Shown here: one piece after another, positions 10,137 through 19,313 of the stretch
Layout: each line of letters opens with the position of its first letter
How positions within the stretch are numbered: the stretch's first letter is position 1
NCBI GenBank assembly: GCA_963831005.1
Contig: CAWHOW010000027.1
Coordinates: forward strand, 45,002-109,001
Length of the DNA: 64,000 nucleotides
Direction of reading: 5' to 3'
Source of the DNA: an uncultured Bacteroidota bacterium
Lineage (GTDB): Bacteria; Bacteroidota; Bacteroidia; Bacteroidales; CG2-30-32-10
Made by a program: the position numbers and the translations under genes
The notes under the pieces: generated by a model
What the model saw: the letters and a program-made list of their open reading frames with translations, nothing else
Database searches by the model: none
Told to the model about the DNA's origin: nothing

Positions 10137-10904
10137 ATGAAGTTGAACTTAAAAAACAAAACTATGATGAATGAACAAGTTGTAAAAAGAATGAAAGAAA
10201 TGAAGCTCTACGGTATGCTCCGTTCCTTTGAGACCAGCCTGGAATCGGATGCTATGAACACCCTTACAAAGGATGAAATGATTGCTCAATTAATAGAAGA
10301 AGAGTGGGATGACCGATGTTGCAGGAAGATTGCACGTAATATGCAAAACGCAAAGTTCCACTACACCGCATCTATTGAACAGATGTACTTTGAAACAGAC
10401 CGTGGCATTGACAAGAACCAGGTGATGCGTCTTGCGGAATGCACATTTATTAAAAATAAAGAAAACGTAATGATTACTGGCAGTACCGGTATTGGGAAAA
10501 GTTATCTTGCGTCAGCTATTGGTCAACAGGCTTGTACTTTAGGATATAAAGTATTATATCATAATGCAACCAAGCTTTTTGCTAAACTTAAAATGGCTAA
10601 AGCCGACGGATCTTATATTAATGAAATTGCAAAACTTGAACGGCAACAGTTGCTTATTCTTGATGATTTTGGGATACAGCCCATCGATGCTCAAAGCCGT
10701 TCTGCATTCATGGAGATCATAGAAGACAGACACGAGAAGGCATCTACATTGATTACTTCACAGGTTCCGGTTGCGAAGTGGTATGAAGTTATCGGAGAAA
10801 AAACAATAGCTGATGCTATTATGGACAGGATAATCCACAATGCTCACAGATTGGAGCTCTCAGGAGATTCTTTACGTAAGAAACTAAAGAAAAAAATGGA
10901 TTAA
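10137..10904 (+). CDS. istB: IS21 helper ATPase IstB
   Basis: Walker A GSTGIGKSYLASA and Walker B LLILDDFG. The ATG lies 2 nt after the istA stop. The ORF-track start at 10056 overlaps istA and is probably not used. Confidence 0.9.
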   Translation: MKLNLKNKTMMNEQVVKRMKEMKLYGMLRSFETSLESDAMNTLTKDEMIAQLIEEEWDDRCCRKIARNMQNAKFHYTASIEQMYFETDRGIDKNQVMRLAECTFIKNKENVMITGSTGIGKSYLASAIGQQACTLGYKVLYHNATKLFAKLKMAKADGSYINEIAKLERQQLLILDDFGIQPIDAQSRSAFMEIIEDRHEKASTLITSQVPVAKWYEVIGEKTIADAIMDRIIHNAHRLELSGDSLRKKLKKKMD

Positions 10905-11149
10905 TTTTTAAATGATAAAATAAACTATATTTGTAATAATGAAAAACAGCAGAGAAAATACCTCAATAAAAAATTCGTTTTTAGTGGCCCAGTTTAACGC
11001 GGAATAGGTGGTCTTCTTTGCGCGGAATATCCAGACAACCTCACCAGTTCCATTAAATGAAATATATAAATAATTCAAGGCAACTTGTTTAAAGCAGATA
11101 GGCAATTTAAAATATTATTGCAAATTGAAATAAAACTTGCAACAGGTCA

Positions 11150-11230
11150 CCAATTCGGTTACCATTGAAAATTACAATTTTGAAACCATTGTAAATACTG
11201 GTAAGTAGAGTAAGCTTCAAAGACCTCCAG
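11150..11230. repeat. Copy A of a 78-bp diverged direct repeat, immediately 3' of the hydA stop
   Basis: ATTCGGTTACCA ... (63-nt identical spacing) ... TTCAAAGACCTCCAG. About 60 of 78 positions are identical, without gaps, to copy B at 27032-27109. Confidence 0.7.
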
Positions 11231-11235
11231 CTCAA

Positions 11236-13014
11236 TTATATTTCGCTTCTGTCCAGATAATAGGTATGCAGCAGTTCGTGCGATTTATGACCTAATGGCT
11301 TACCGAGGAACTCCTCATATATCTTTGTAATATCAGGATTCATATGCGATTTGCGTATTGTCTTCCCTTCATCTTCTTTAATAATGGCATTCAGTCGTTT
11401 TTCGCGTACATCACCATTCAGTGGCCGTGGCTGCCCTCCCCCGCAAATACATCCGCCGGGGCATCCCATTACTTCTATAAAATGATATTCGCTTTTGCCT
11501 GATTTGATCTCATCGAGAAGTATAGCCGCACCCTTTGTCCCGCTGGTTACAGCAACTTTAAGTACAAAGCCTTCAAGTCCTTTCCATTCAGGTAAAGGGT
11601 TTTCAATTTTCAGTTCGGCGGTTTTTATCCTCTCCAATCCCATCAGTGGTTTAACATGCAGGCTTTTGGTAGGAAGCTCCCTTCCGGTAACAAGCTCATA
11701 AACCGTACGTATAGCAGCTTCCATTACTCCTCCTGAATTTGCAAATATATCGGCAGCGCCACTTGAAAAGCCTAGCGGAGAGTCAAACTTTTCATCAGGT
11801 AATGATCTGAAATCAATGCCTGCGTTCTTTATCATCTTAGCAAGTTCTCTTGTTGTAAGCACAGCATCAATATTAGGAACGCCATTGTTTACCATTTCCG
11901 GACGTGTTATCTCAAATTTCTTGGCAGTGCAAGGCATCATAGAAACCATAAAGATGTCTTTAGGGTCCACTCCTATTTTCTCTGCAAAATAAGATTTAGT
12001 AAGGGCTCCAAGCATCATTTGTGGTGACTTACATGATGACAAATGGTCAAGTTGTTTCGGATAATTATGTTCTATGAATTTTATCCAACCCGGGCTGCAA
12101 CTGGTAATCATCGGGAAAGAAACTTCTTCTTTATTAAGGACTTTTCTTACTCGTTGAAGAAATTCGCTTCCTTCTTCAATGATAGTAAGGTCGGCTGCAA
12201 AGTTGGTGTCGAATATGTAATCGAATCCAAATGTACGAAATGCCGCAGCCATTTTACCGGTTACAGATGTCCCTACTTCATAACCGAATTCCTCGCCAAG
12301 TGCAGCGCGAATAGCCGGTGCTGATTGGATGATAGTTACTTTTTTAGGATCGTGTAAAGCATCCCATACTTTATCGGTTGAATCATGTTCCTTTAAAGCC
12401 CCAACCGGACAAACAACCACGCACTGTCCGCAATTGATGCAGGATGTGGAACCAATGTTGATGCCATCGCTCGGGCCAATAAAGGTATCGAATCCCCGAT
12501 GCTGTGCATTTAAAATACCTACACCCTGAACTTCATTGCATATGGTAACACAACGCCGGCATAGTATACATTTTGAAGCATCACGTGTAATGGAAGCACT
12601 TGAATTGTCTATCACTACTTTCGATTTTGCCCCGTCATTCATGCGATTTTCTTTTATCTGAAGCATTTCGCCAACTTTTTGAAATTCGCAAGCCTGGTTA
12701 CGGTCGCATGACAAACACTCCTGATTATGGTCGGATAGCATCAGTTCATACACAATTTTTCTTGCCTGTCGTACCCTTTCAGTATTGGTATTTACCACCA
12801 TTCCTTCGGTAACTTCGGTAACACATGAAGCCATCAGGTTTCGCTGCCCTTCAACATGTACCAGACAAATCCTACAGGAGCCTATGCTATGGATATTCTC
12901 CAGATAGCAAAGATGGGGAATGTGAATATTGTTTTCTTTCGCGGCTTTGATTATGGTGTATCTTTCAGGAACACTAATCTTTTTATCGTTTATTGTAAGA
13001 TTTACATTTTTCAT
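11236..13014 (-). CDS. hydA: [FeFe]-hydrogenase catalytic subunit, M3-type (2Fe-2S + 4Fe-4S N-terminal domains + H-cluster domain)
   Basis: Plant-type ferredoxin N-terminus, two CxxCxxCxxxCP motifs, and H-cluster motifs TSCSPGW (variant L1), MPCTAKKFE (L2) and EVMGCPGGCICGGGQP (L3). Confidence 0.9.
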   Translation of the reverse strand: MKNVNLTINDKKISVPERYTIIKAAKENNIHIPHLCYLENIHSIGSCRICLVHVEGQRNLMASCVTEVTEGMVVNTNTERVRQARKIVYELMLSDHNQECLSCDRNQACEFQKVGEMLQIKENRMNDGAKSKVVIDNSSASITRDASKCILCRRCVTICNEVQGVGILNAQHRGFDTFIGPSDGINIGSTSCINCGQCVVVCPVGALKEHDSTDKVWDALHDPKKVTIIQSAPAIRAALGEEFGYEVGTSVTGKMAAAFRTFGFDYIFDTNFAADLTIIEEGSEFLQRVRKVLNKEEVSFPMITSCSPGWIKFIEHNYPKQLDHLSSCKSPQMMLGALTKSYFAEKIGVDPKDIFMVSMMPCTAKKFEITRPEMVNNGVPNIDAVLTTRELAKMIKNAGIDFRSLPDEKFDSPLGFSSGAADIFANSGGVMEAAIRTVYELVTGRELPTKSLHVKPLMGLERIKTAELKIENPLPEWKGLEGFVLKVAVTSGTKGAAILLDEIKSGKSEYHFIEVMGCPGGCICGGGQPRPLNGDVREKRLNAIIKEDEGKTIRKSHMNPDITKIYEEFLGKPLGHKSHELLHTYYLDRSEI

Positions 13015-13033
13015 TTCCGTATAGATTTAATAA

Positions 13034-16000
13034 TTAACAACGTCTGTCGCACCTCAAACATCTCATGGATTCAGCTATTGCATTTATCTTATGATAACCC
13101 AGAGAAACTTCCTGGAAATTATTTTTCCTTTTGTCAGGAGCAAGAAATTTTGCATTGAATCTTTCGTGTTCAATAACTTCAGATTCTTCTTTAGGCATAG
13201 GAATTTCTATTGGATGAGTTATCTGGAGTTTTCCTGAACCGCCAAGAAATTTATCAATAGATTTGGCAGCCCTCTTACCGTCGGCAATGGCAGTAATTAC
13301 AATATCGGAGCCACGCGCCACATCGCCACCTGCAAAAATTCCACGCACTGAGGTCATTTGTGTTTTCTTGTCTACTATAAAGGTATTCCAGTCAGTAAGC
13401 TCAATTTCTTCTTTTTTCACAAATGAAAGATCCGTTTCCTGACTTACGGCAAGAATAACCATATCTGCATTCACCAGATATTCTGAACCCTTTATTACTT
13501 TCGGTTTTTTACGGGCTGCAATATCGTATTCCCCAAGTTTCATTTTAACAAGCTCAATGGATTTTACTTTATCACCCTCTCTAATAAAACGAACCGGGGC
13601 ACATAGTGTATGAATTTTCGCACCTTCTGCAATAGCATCATCAATTTCGTACCGATCAGCAGGCATATCTTCAATTTCGCGCCGATAATAAATATGTACT
13701 TCATCGGCTCCTTTTCTGAGTGCCGTGCGAGCCGCATCAATAGCAGTATTCCCGCCGCCAATAACTGCAACTACACCGTTTATGGTAATATCCTTGCCCA
13801 GATTGACATCTTTCAGGAAATTCAAACCCTTATAAACACCCTTCAGGCTTTCACCTTCAATGCCCATGTTTTTTGAAAGTTGTGTTCCTGTTGAAATATA
13901 TACTGAATCGAATTTCGCTTTTATTTCATCTACGGAAATATCACGTCCAATTTTTTTATTGAATTCGATTTTAACACCAACATTCAAAATAGTATCAATT
14001 TCCTTTTTAAGAATTTCTTTAGGAAGACGATATTGAGGAATACCAAAAGCAAGAACACCACCTGCAACATCTTGTTCTTCATAAACGGTTACATCATAAC
14101 CAAGTCGTGCAAGGTAATATCCGCAGGTTAGTCCTGACGGGCCTGCACCAATGATCCCTATCTTTTTATTTCTTCTTGGCAGTACAAATTCATGGAAAGC
14201 TTCACTGGAATTCATCACACTGTCAGCAACAAAGCGTTTCAATTCCATTATAGACAACGGATCATCCAACTGAGCTCTGCGGCATTTAGCTTCGCATGGA
14301 TGAGTGCAAACACGTCCGCAAACAGATGGAAAAGGATTCTCCTGTCGTATCAACCTATACGCATCCTCAACTCTTCCTGCTGATATAAGGGAAAGATAAC
14401 CGGGAATATTTACATTGGCAGGACATGCATTTTCGCAGGGAGAAATAAATAATGCCTGGCATATCCCTGCTCTGCAATACTTATCATTGATATGCTCCTC
14501 ATATTCATGACGGAAATATTTAATAGTACTTAGCACCGGGTTTGCTACAGTCTGTCCCAGTCCGCATAAGGCTGAATCTTTTATGGATTCACCCAGCTCG
14601 ATCAATAATTCGATATCTCCTTTACGACCTTCGCCTTTTGTGATCCGTTCGAGTATTTCCAGCATACGCTTTGTTCCAACACGGCAGGGTACACATTTGC
14701 CGCATGATTCTTCCTGGACAAATTCCATGAAGTATCTTGCCACATCTACCATGCAAGTGTCTTCATCCATAATGACCATTCCGCCTGAACCCATTATCGC
14801 CCCGTGTTCTTTAAGCGAATCGTAATCAACTGCTACATTCAGATGTGCGGGTGTTAAGCATCCTCCTGAAGGTCCACCTGTTTGCGCCACTTTGAATTTT
14901 TTACCATTCGGTACGCCATGGCCAATACCAAAAATTATATCGCCAAGCGAAATACCCATTGGCACTTCAATTAACCCCGTATTTTTAATATCTCCTGCCA
15001 GTGCAAATACTTTAGTCCCTTTGCTTTTTTCAGTGCCTATTTTTGCATAATTATCACCTCCATGCAACATAATATGTTGAATGTTTCCAAATGTCTCTAC
15101 ATTATTGATTACTGTTGGTTTACCTTTCAGTCCTTCTTTTGCAGGAAATGGTGGTTTCTGAACAGGTTCACCGCGTTTACCTTCCACTGATGCGATCAAA
15201 GCGGTTTCTTCACCGCAAACAAAAGCTCCTGCTCCAATTCGTATATCGATATCAAAGTCAAGGTCAGAGCCCAGGATGTTTTTGCCAAGTATTCCGTATT
15301 CTCTTGCTTTGTCAATGGCTAAGGTCAATCGTTCTACGGCAATTTGATATTCAGCACGTACGTATACTACACCTTTTGTAGCGCCAATTGCATAACCAGC
15401 CGTAATCATTCCTTCCAGAACCAGATGTGGGTTTCCTTCAATAATACTTCTATCCATGAATGCTCCGGGATCACCTTCATCTGCATTGCAGATAATAAAT
15501 TTTTGATCGCTGTCATTTTTTCGTGTAAGCTCCCACTTCAATCCTGTAGGAAATCCACCGCCGCCTCTCCCCCTTAGCCCGGATTTTTTAATTTCATTGA
15601 TCACTGCATCAGGGTCCATAGTAAGGGCTTTTGCAAGTCCCCTATATCCGTCATCAGCTATAAACTCTTCAATATCGGCATAGTCAATAACACCACAGTT
15701 CTTCAATACAATTTTCTCTTGCCGTTTAAAAAATTCGATGTCATTTACCAAAGGAATAATTTCACCGGAATCAATGTCTTTATAACAGTATTCCTTTTGG
15801 ATCGTTCCTTCAACCAAATGTTTTTTTACAATATCAGCAACATTTGAACTTTTAAGTTTACAATAGAAAACTCCTTCGGGCTGAACAATCAGGGATGGTC
15901 CTAAAGCACATGCACCCCGGCATCCAGTTGTAATCAAGCGGACTTTCGAAGTAAAATTGTTTTTTTCCAATTCGGCAATCAAGGCATCTCTAACGTCAAG

Positions 16001-16162
16001 ACATTTCGATGACATACAACCTGTTCCAGCGCATAGTTGGAGAGTGTATTGAACAGATTCAATTTTTTTAGCAAAGCTCTTTTTAATTGAATCAAGATCT
16101 TTAATATTTTTAATCTTTGCTGTCATATAATCCTTCCCTTTAGCATTAATGATATTTGGCAA
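13034..16162 (-). CDS. hydB: HydB-like NuoF-family flavoprotein fused to a GltD-like FAD/NAD(P)H oxidoreductase module
   Basis: Three parts. N-terminal thioredoxin-like 2Fe-2S domain (CAGTGC...TTGCRGACALGP). NuoF core (GRGGGGFPTG, GAFVCGEETAL, ESCGKCVPCRVG). Then a GltD-type 4Fe-4S region (SPCENACP...CGRVCTHPCEAKC), an FAD fold (IGIIGAGPSGLTCGYYLARLGYDVTVYE), a second dinucleotide fold (VAVIGGGNTAIDAART) and GGDVARG. The ORF-track start is non-ATG; ATG at about 16126 (MTAKIK) is the likely start. Confidence 0.85.
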   Translation of the reverse strand: MPNIINAKGKDYMTAKIKNIKDLDSIKKSFAKKIESVQYTLQLCAGTGCMSSKCLDVRDALIAELEKNNFTSKVRLITTGCRGACALGPSLIVQPEGVFYCKLKSSNVADIVKKHLVEGTIQKEYCYKDIDSGEIIPLVNDIEFFKRQEKIVLKNCGVIDYADIEEFIADDGYRGLAKALTMDPDAVINEIKKSGLRGRGGGGFPTGLKWELTRKNDSDQKFIICNADEGDPGAFMDRSIIEGNPHLVLEGMITAGYAIGATKGVVYVRAEYQIAVERLTLAIDKAREYGILGKNILGSDLDFDIDIRIGAGAFVCGEETALIASVEGKRGEPVQKPPFPAKEGLKGKPTVINNVETFGNIQHIMLHGGDNYAKIGTEKSKGTKVFALAGDIKNTGLIEVPMGISLGDIIFGIGHGVPNGKKFKVAQTGGPSGGCLTPAHLNVAVDYDSLKEHGAIMGSGGMVIMDEDTCMVDVARYFMEFVQEESCGKCVPCRVGTKRMLEILERITKGEGRKGDIELLIELGESIKDSALCGLGQTVANPVLSTIKYFRHEYEEHINDKYCRAGICQALFISPCENACPANVNIPGYLSLISAGRVEDAYRLIRQENPFPSVCGRVCTHPCEAKCRRAQLDDPLSIMELKRFVADSVMNSSEAFHEFVLPRRNKKIGIIGAGPSGLTCGYYLARLGYDVTVYEEQDVAGGVLAFGIPQYRLPKEILKKEIDTILNVGVKIEFNKKIGRDISVDEIKAKFDSVYISTGTQLSKNMGIEGESLKGVYKGLNFLKDVNLGKDITINGVVAVIGGGNTAIDAARTALRKGADEVHIYYRREIEDMPADRYEIDDAIAEGAKIHTLCAPVRFIREGDKVKSIELVKMKLGEYDIAARKKPKVIKGSEYLVNADMVILAVSQETDLSFVKKEEIELTDWNTFIVDKKTQMTSVRGIFAGGDVARGSDIVITAIADGKRAAKSIDKFLGGSGKLQITHPIEIPMPKEESEVIEHERFNAKFLAPDKRKNNFQEVSLGYHKINAIAESMRCLRCDRRC

Positions 16163-16646
16163 TTATTTCATTTAATTTATTCGGATTTACTTGTTTTAAT
16201 ACCTCTCCATCTATAGTTATAGCAGGAGCAAGTCCGCATGCTCCTATACAACGGGCCACTGTTAAGCTGAATTTCCTGTCTTCAGTAGTTTCGCCTATTT
16301 GTATATTTAAAACATCTTTTATTTTTTCAAGAATTTTCTTTCCGCCTCTCACATAGCACGCTGTTCCCAGGCAGACCTGAATGGTATGTTCGCCTTTAGG
16401 CTGTGTTGAAAAGAAGGAATAGAAACTGACTACTCCTGTAATTTTTGATAAAGGAATTCTCATCTCTTTTGAAATGTGTTTTAATACGTGGATTGGCAAA
16501 TATCCCCAGACCGATTGCGTGATATGGAGAATCTGAATCAGATTATTCTCATTTCTTTGGAAATCCTCAATGATTTGATCCAGGTGTTTTAGTTTTTCTT
16601 CTTCAGTTAGATTTGCGCAGTTGCACAATTTTTCAATTGCATTCAT
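16146..16646 (-). CDS. hydC: HydC, NuoE-like thioredoxin-fold [2Fe-2S] subunit
   Basis: CLGTACYVRGG ... ARCIGACGLAP cysteine pattern of the NuoE/HydC family. Overlaps hydF by 4 nt. Confidence 0.85.
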   Translation of the reverse strand: MNAIEKLCNCANLTEEEKLKHLDQIIEDFQRNENNLIQILHITQSVWGYLPIHVLKHISKEMRIPLSKITGVVSFYSFFSTQPKGEHTIQVCLGTACYVRGGKKILEKIKDVLNIQIGETTEDRKFSLTVARCIGACGLAPAITIDGEVLKQVNPNKLNEIIAKYH

Positions 16647-17863
16647 GATATAAGTTGATTAGTATGTTTAAATATTTTGGTTGTCCTTTCAAATATTCCA
16701 TTTACAAAGGCAATAGCCATTCCATAGTTAGTGACCGGTACATTCGCGTTGATTGCAGGTTGCAACCTGTTCATCACTTGCTTGCGAGTAAACATACAGC
16801 CACCACATTGAATAACCAGCGCATAGTTTTCAATTTCACACATTGGTTTATTATTTCCGGAAACAAATTCGAATTCCAATTCTTTATTTGTAAAAGCCTT
16901 CAACCATTTTGGTAATTTGAAGCGTCCTATATCATCACAGTTTACACGATGCGTACAACTTTCCATGATCAGAATTTTGCTTCCGTTTTTTAATTTGGAA
17001 ATTGCAGAAGTGCCATCTAAGTATGCTTCAAAATTGCCTTTTAGCTGAGCAAACAATATGCTGAAACTTGTAAGCGGTATTTCATAAGGAACTATTTTTG
17101 CTACATAATTAAACGCCTGACTATCTGTAACCACACAGCTTAGAACAATATGCGAAGTTTTGAAAAAATATTCAAGTTCCGTTTCTTTTAAGGTAATGCA
17201 AATACAATCATTATCCAATACATCTCGTAATGCCATTACCTGTGGAAGTATCATCCTGCCTTCGGGAGCTTCAGCATCTATGGGCGTTACCAGAAGAACA
17301 TAATCTTTTGGTTTTATCAGATCAAGAAAAAGTGATGATTTTGAATAGGATGTTTCCGGAATAATTCTTTTTACGTTTTCAATGATTTCTTCTGTGTTTA
17401 AAGAAAATAGCGAGCTAAAGTCGATAACTGTCGCATTTGTAATTTTCTTAACTTGACCTATGGTTTCAGATGATAATTTACCAAGATCACTTTTATTATG
17501 AATAATAAAAAATGGAATATCGAATTCATTGAACTTGGTAATCAAATTTATTTCATAATCATCGAATGTATTTTCGCTGATGATCAGTATCGCAGCGTCA
17601 ATGATTTTAATAACCTCAACAGTCTTTGTAATTCTTTTTTCTCCCAGAGCCCCTGAATCATCAATGCCGGCAGTATCAATTATGACAACAGGGCCAACAC
17701 CAAATATCTCAATTGATTTCTTCACAGGATCTGTTGTGGTTCCGGCTTGCTCCGATACAATAGCAATTTCCTGATTGGTAATTATATTGATAAATGAACT
17801 CTTTCCGGTATTTCTTTTACCAAAAATTCCTAAATGTGGTTTTAAATCCCTGCCTTTATTCAT
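16643..17863 (-). CDS. hydF: [FeFe]-hydrogenase maturation GTPase HydF
   Basis: N-terminal GTPase (GKRNTGKSSFIN, DTAG, NKSD) and C-terminal cluster cysteines (ESCTHRVNCDD, QCGGCM). Confidence 0.85.
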   Translation of the reverse strand: MNKGRDLKPHLGIFGKRNTGKSSFINIITNQEIAIVSEQAGTTTDPVKKSIEIFGVGPVVIIDTAGIDDSGALGEKRITKTVEVIKIIDAAILIISENTFDDYEINLITKFNEFDIPFFIIHNKSDLGKLSSETIGQVKKITNATVIDFSSLFSLNTEEIIENVKRIIPETSYSKSSLFLDLIKPKDYVLLVTPIDAEAPEGRMILPQVMALRDVLDNDCICITLKETELEYFFKTSHIVLSCVVTDSQAFNYVAKIVPYEIPLTSFSILFAQLKGNFEAYLDGTSAISKLKNGSKILIMESCTHRVNCDDIGRFKLPKWLKAFTNKELEFEFVSGNNKPMCEIENYALVIQCGGCMFTRKQVMNRLQPAINANVPVTNYGMAIAFVNGIFERTTKIFKHTNQLIS

Positions 17864-17865
17864 AT

Positions 17866-19308
17866 CTAAAAAAATAAATCACGTTTACCATTCCTAATTA
17901 AATCAAGATTTTCATGTAATTTATCTGTATTTGTTTTTTTGTTCTCCAACTCTGAAATGGATTCCTGTATTAATTCATTTCCCATTTTTCTTGTTTCTAC
18001 GTCGGCATAATCTTCAAGAAATTCAGCTAGAGTCAGTATTGAGTTGGGGGTACAAAATCTGTTTATAAACCCCGGGACAGAGTATTCCATAAAATGCTCA
18101 CCTGTCCTGCCAGCACGGTAGCAGGCAGTGCAGAAGGAGGGCATATATTTATCTGAAATCAGTTCCTTAACTACTTCATTTAAGCTCCGGGTGTCGCTCA
18201 AACTGAATTGTTCTTTTTTTAGATCCTGATTAAAACAGGTCTTTATAACTTTATCATTACTGTACCCATTTATTTCGATGTTACTTCCTGCATCTATTTG
18301 GGAACAACCAAATTCTAATACTTCGTCTCTGACCTGTTCGGACTCTCTTGCTGTTAATATTAATCCTGTGTATGGAACAGCTAAGCGAAGAATAGCGACT
18401 AGTTTGGAAAAGTCTTCATCACTGACAAACTCATCGGGAAGAATTTCCGCACCCTCAGCCTTTTGAATACGCGGAAAAGAAATAGTGTGAGGCCCCACAT
18501 TGTAGCATGCTTCCAGGTGATTGACATGCCTAATCAGTGCAAGTAAATCGAATTTCCAATCGGCTAATCCAAACAGCACGCCCAATCCTACATCATCAAT
18601 TCCCGCTTCCATTGCCCTGTCTAGAGCTGTTAACCGAAAAATGTAATTTGATTTATGACCCGATGGATGATATTTTTTATACACTTCTTTGTGATAAGTT
18701 TCCTGAAATATCTGGTAAGTACCAATTCCGGCATCTTTGATTGTTTTAAAACCTTCGATGTCGAATGGTGCTGCATTTATATTTACTCTTCTGATCTCGC
18801 CCCTGTCCTTTTTTACCTTATATATTTTCCTGACACAATCAGCAATGAACTCCGGAGAATAATCCGGATGCTCCCCAAAGACTGCAATTACCCTTTTGTG
18901 ACCAGCATCTTCAAGAACTTTGACATTATCAATTAGTTCATCTGTGGATAATGTTTTTCTTACAGCTTCTTTATTCGAAACCCGGAAACCACAGTATTTG
19001 CAATCATTCTGACATTTGTTGCCAATATACAATGGAGCGAACAGAACTATTCTGTTGCCATATATCCTTTGTTTCAGAATACGTGCATTATTTTTTATTT
19101 CATCAATTAATTCAGGCTGGTCAGTATTGATGAGGCAGGCAACATCTTCTATATTAAGACGTGTATTGTTAAGTGATTTATTAATTATGTTCCGTACTTT
19201 TTTCTTTGTAGAAACAGAATTTTTCAGATAATCCAGAATTTCCTCTTCATTAATGAAAGGATTCATGGGTTCATCTTTAATGCTATATTTTTGTGGAGAG
19301 AAATTCAT
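17866..19308 (-). CDS. hydG: [FeFe]-hydrogenase radical SAM maturase HydG
   Basis: CQNDCKYCGF (Cx3Cx2C) radical SAM motif, ThiH-like core, and a C-terminal CTACYRAGRTGEHF auxiliary-cluster motif. Confidence 0.9.
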   Translation of the reverse strand: MNFSPQKYSIKDEPMNPFINEEEILDYLKNSVSTKKKVRNIINKSLNNTRLNIEDVACLINTDQPELIDEIKNNARILKQRIYGNRIVLFAPLYIGNKCQNDCKYCGFRVSNKEAVRKTLSTDELIDNVKVLEDAGHKRVIAVFGEHPDYSPEFIADCVRKIYKVKKDRGEIRRVNINAAPFDIEGFKTIKDAGIGTYQIFQETYHKEVYKKYHPSGHKSNYIFRLTALDRAMEAGIDDVGLGVLFGLADWKFDLLALIRHVNHLEACYNVGPHTISFPRIQKAEGAEILPDEFVSDEDFSKLVAILRLAVPYTGLILTARESEQVRDEVLEFGCSQIDAGSNIEINGYSNDKVIKTCFNQDLKKEQFSLSDTRSLNEVVKELISDKYMPSFCTACYRAGRTGEHFMEYSVPGFINRFCTPNSILTLAEFLEDYADVETRKMGNELIQESISELENKKTNTDKLHENLDLIRNGKRDLFF

Positions 19309-19313
19309 TTTTC

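Larger units (their letters stand above)
8391..11052 (+). mobile_element. IS21 family insertion sequence (istA-istB), apparently intact; ends approximate (+/-10 bp)
   Basis: Two-gene istA/istB organisation. There are four direct copies of an ATTCCGCgnAAACTGgnCC-like motif at the left end (starting about 8411, 8433, 8457, 8482) and two inverted copies at the right end (about 10986-11005 and 11010-11028). The size of about 2.66 kb is typical for IS21. Confidence 0.8.

Noticed and set aside
7425-11232. Integrase-mediated genomic island inserted at tRNA-Lys
   Set aside because: No tyrosine or serine recombinase gene is present, and no duplicated copy of the tRNA 3' end was found downstream. Only an IS21 and one orphan gene are present.
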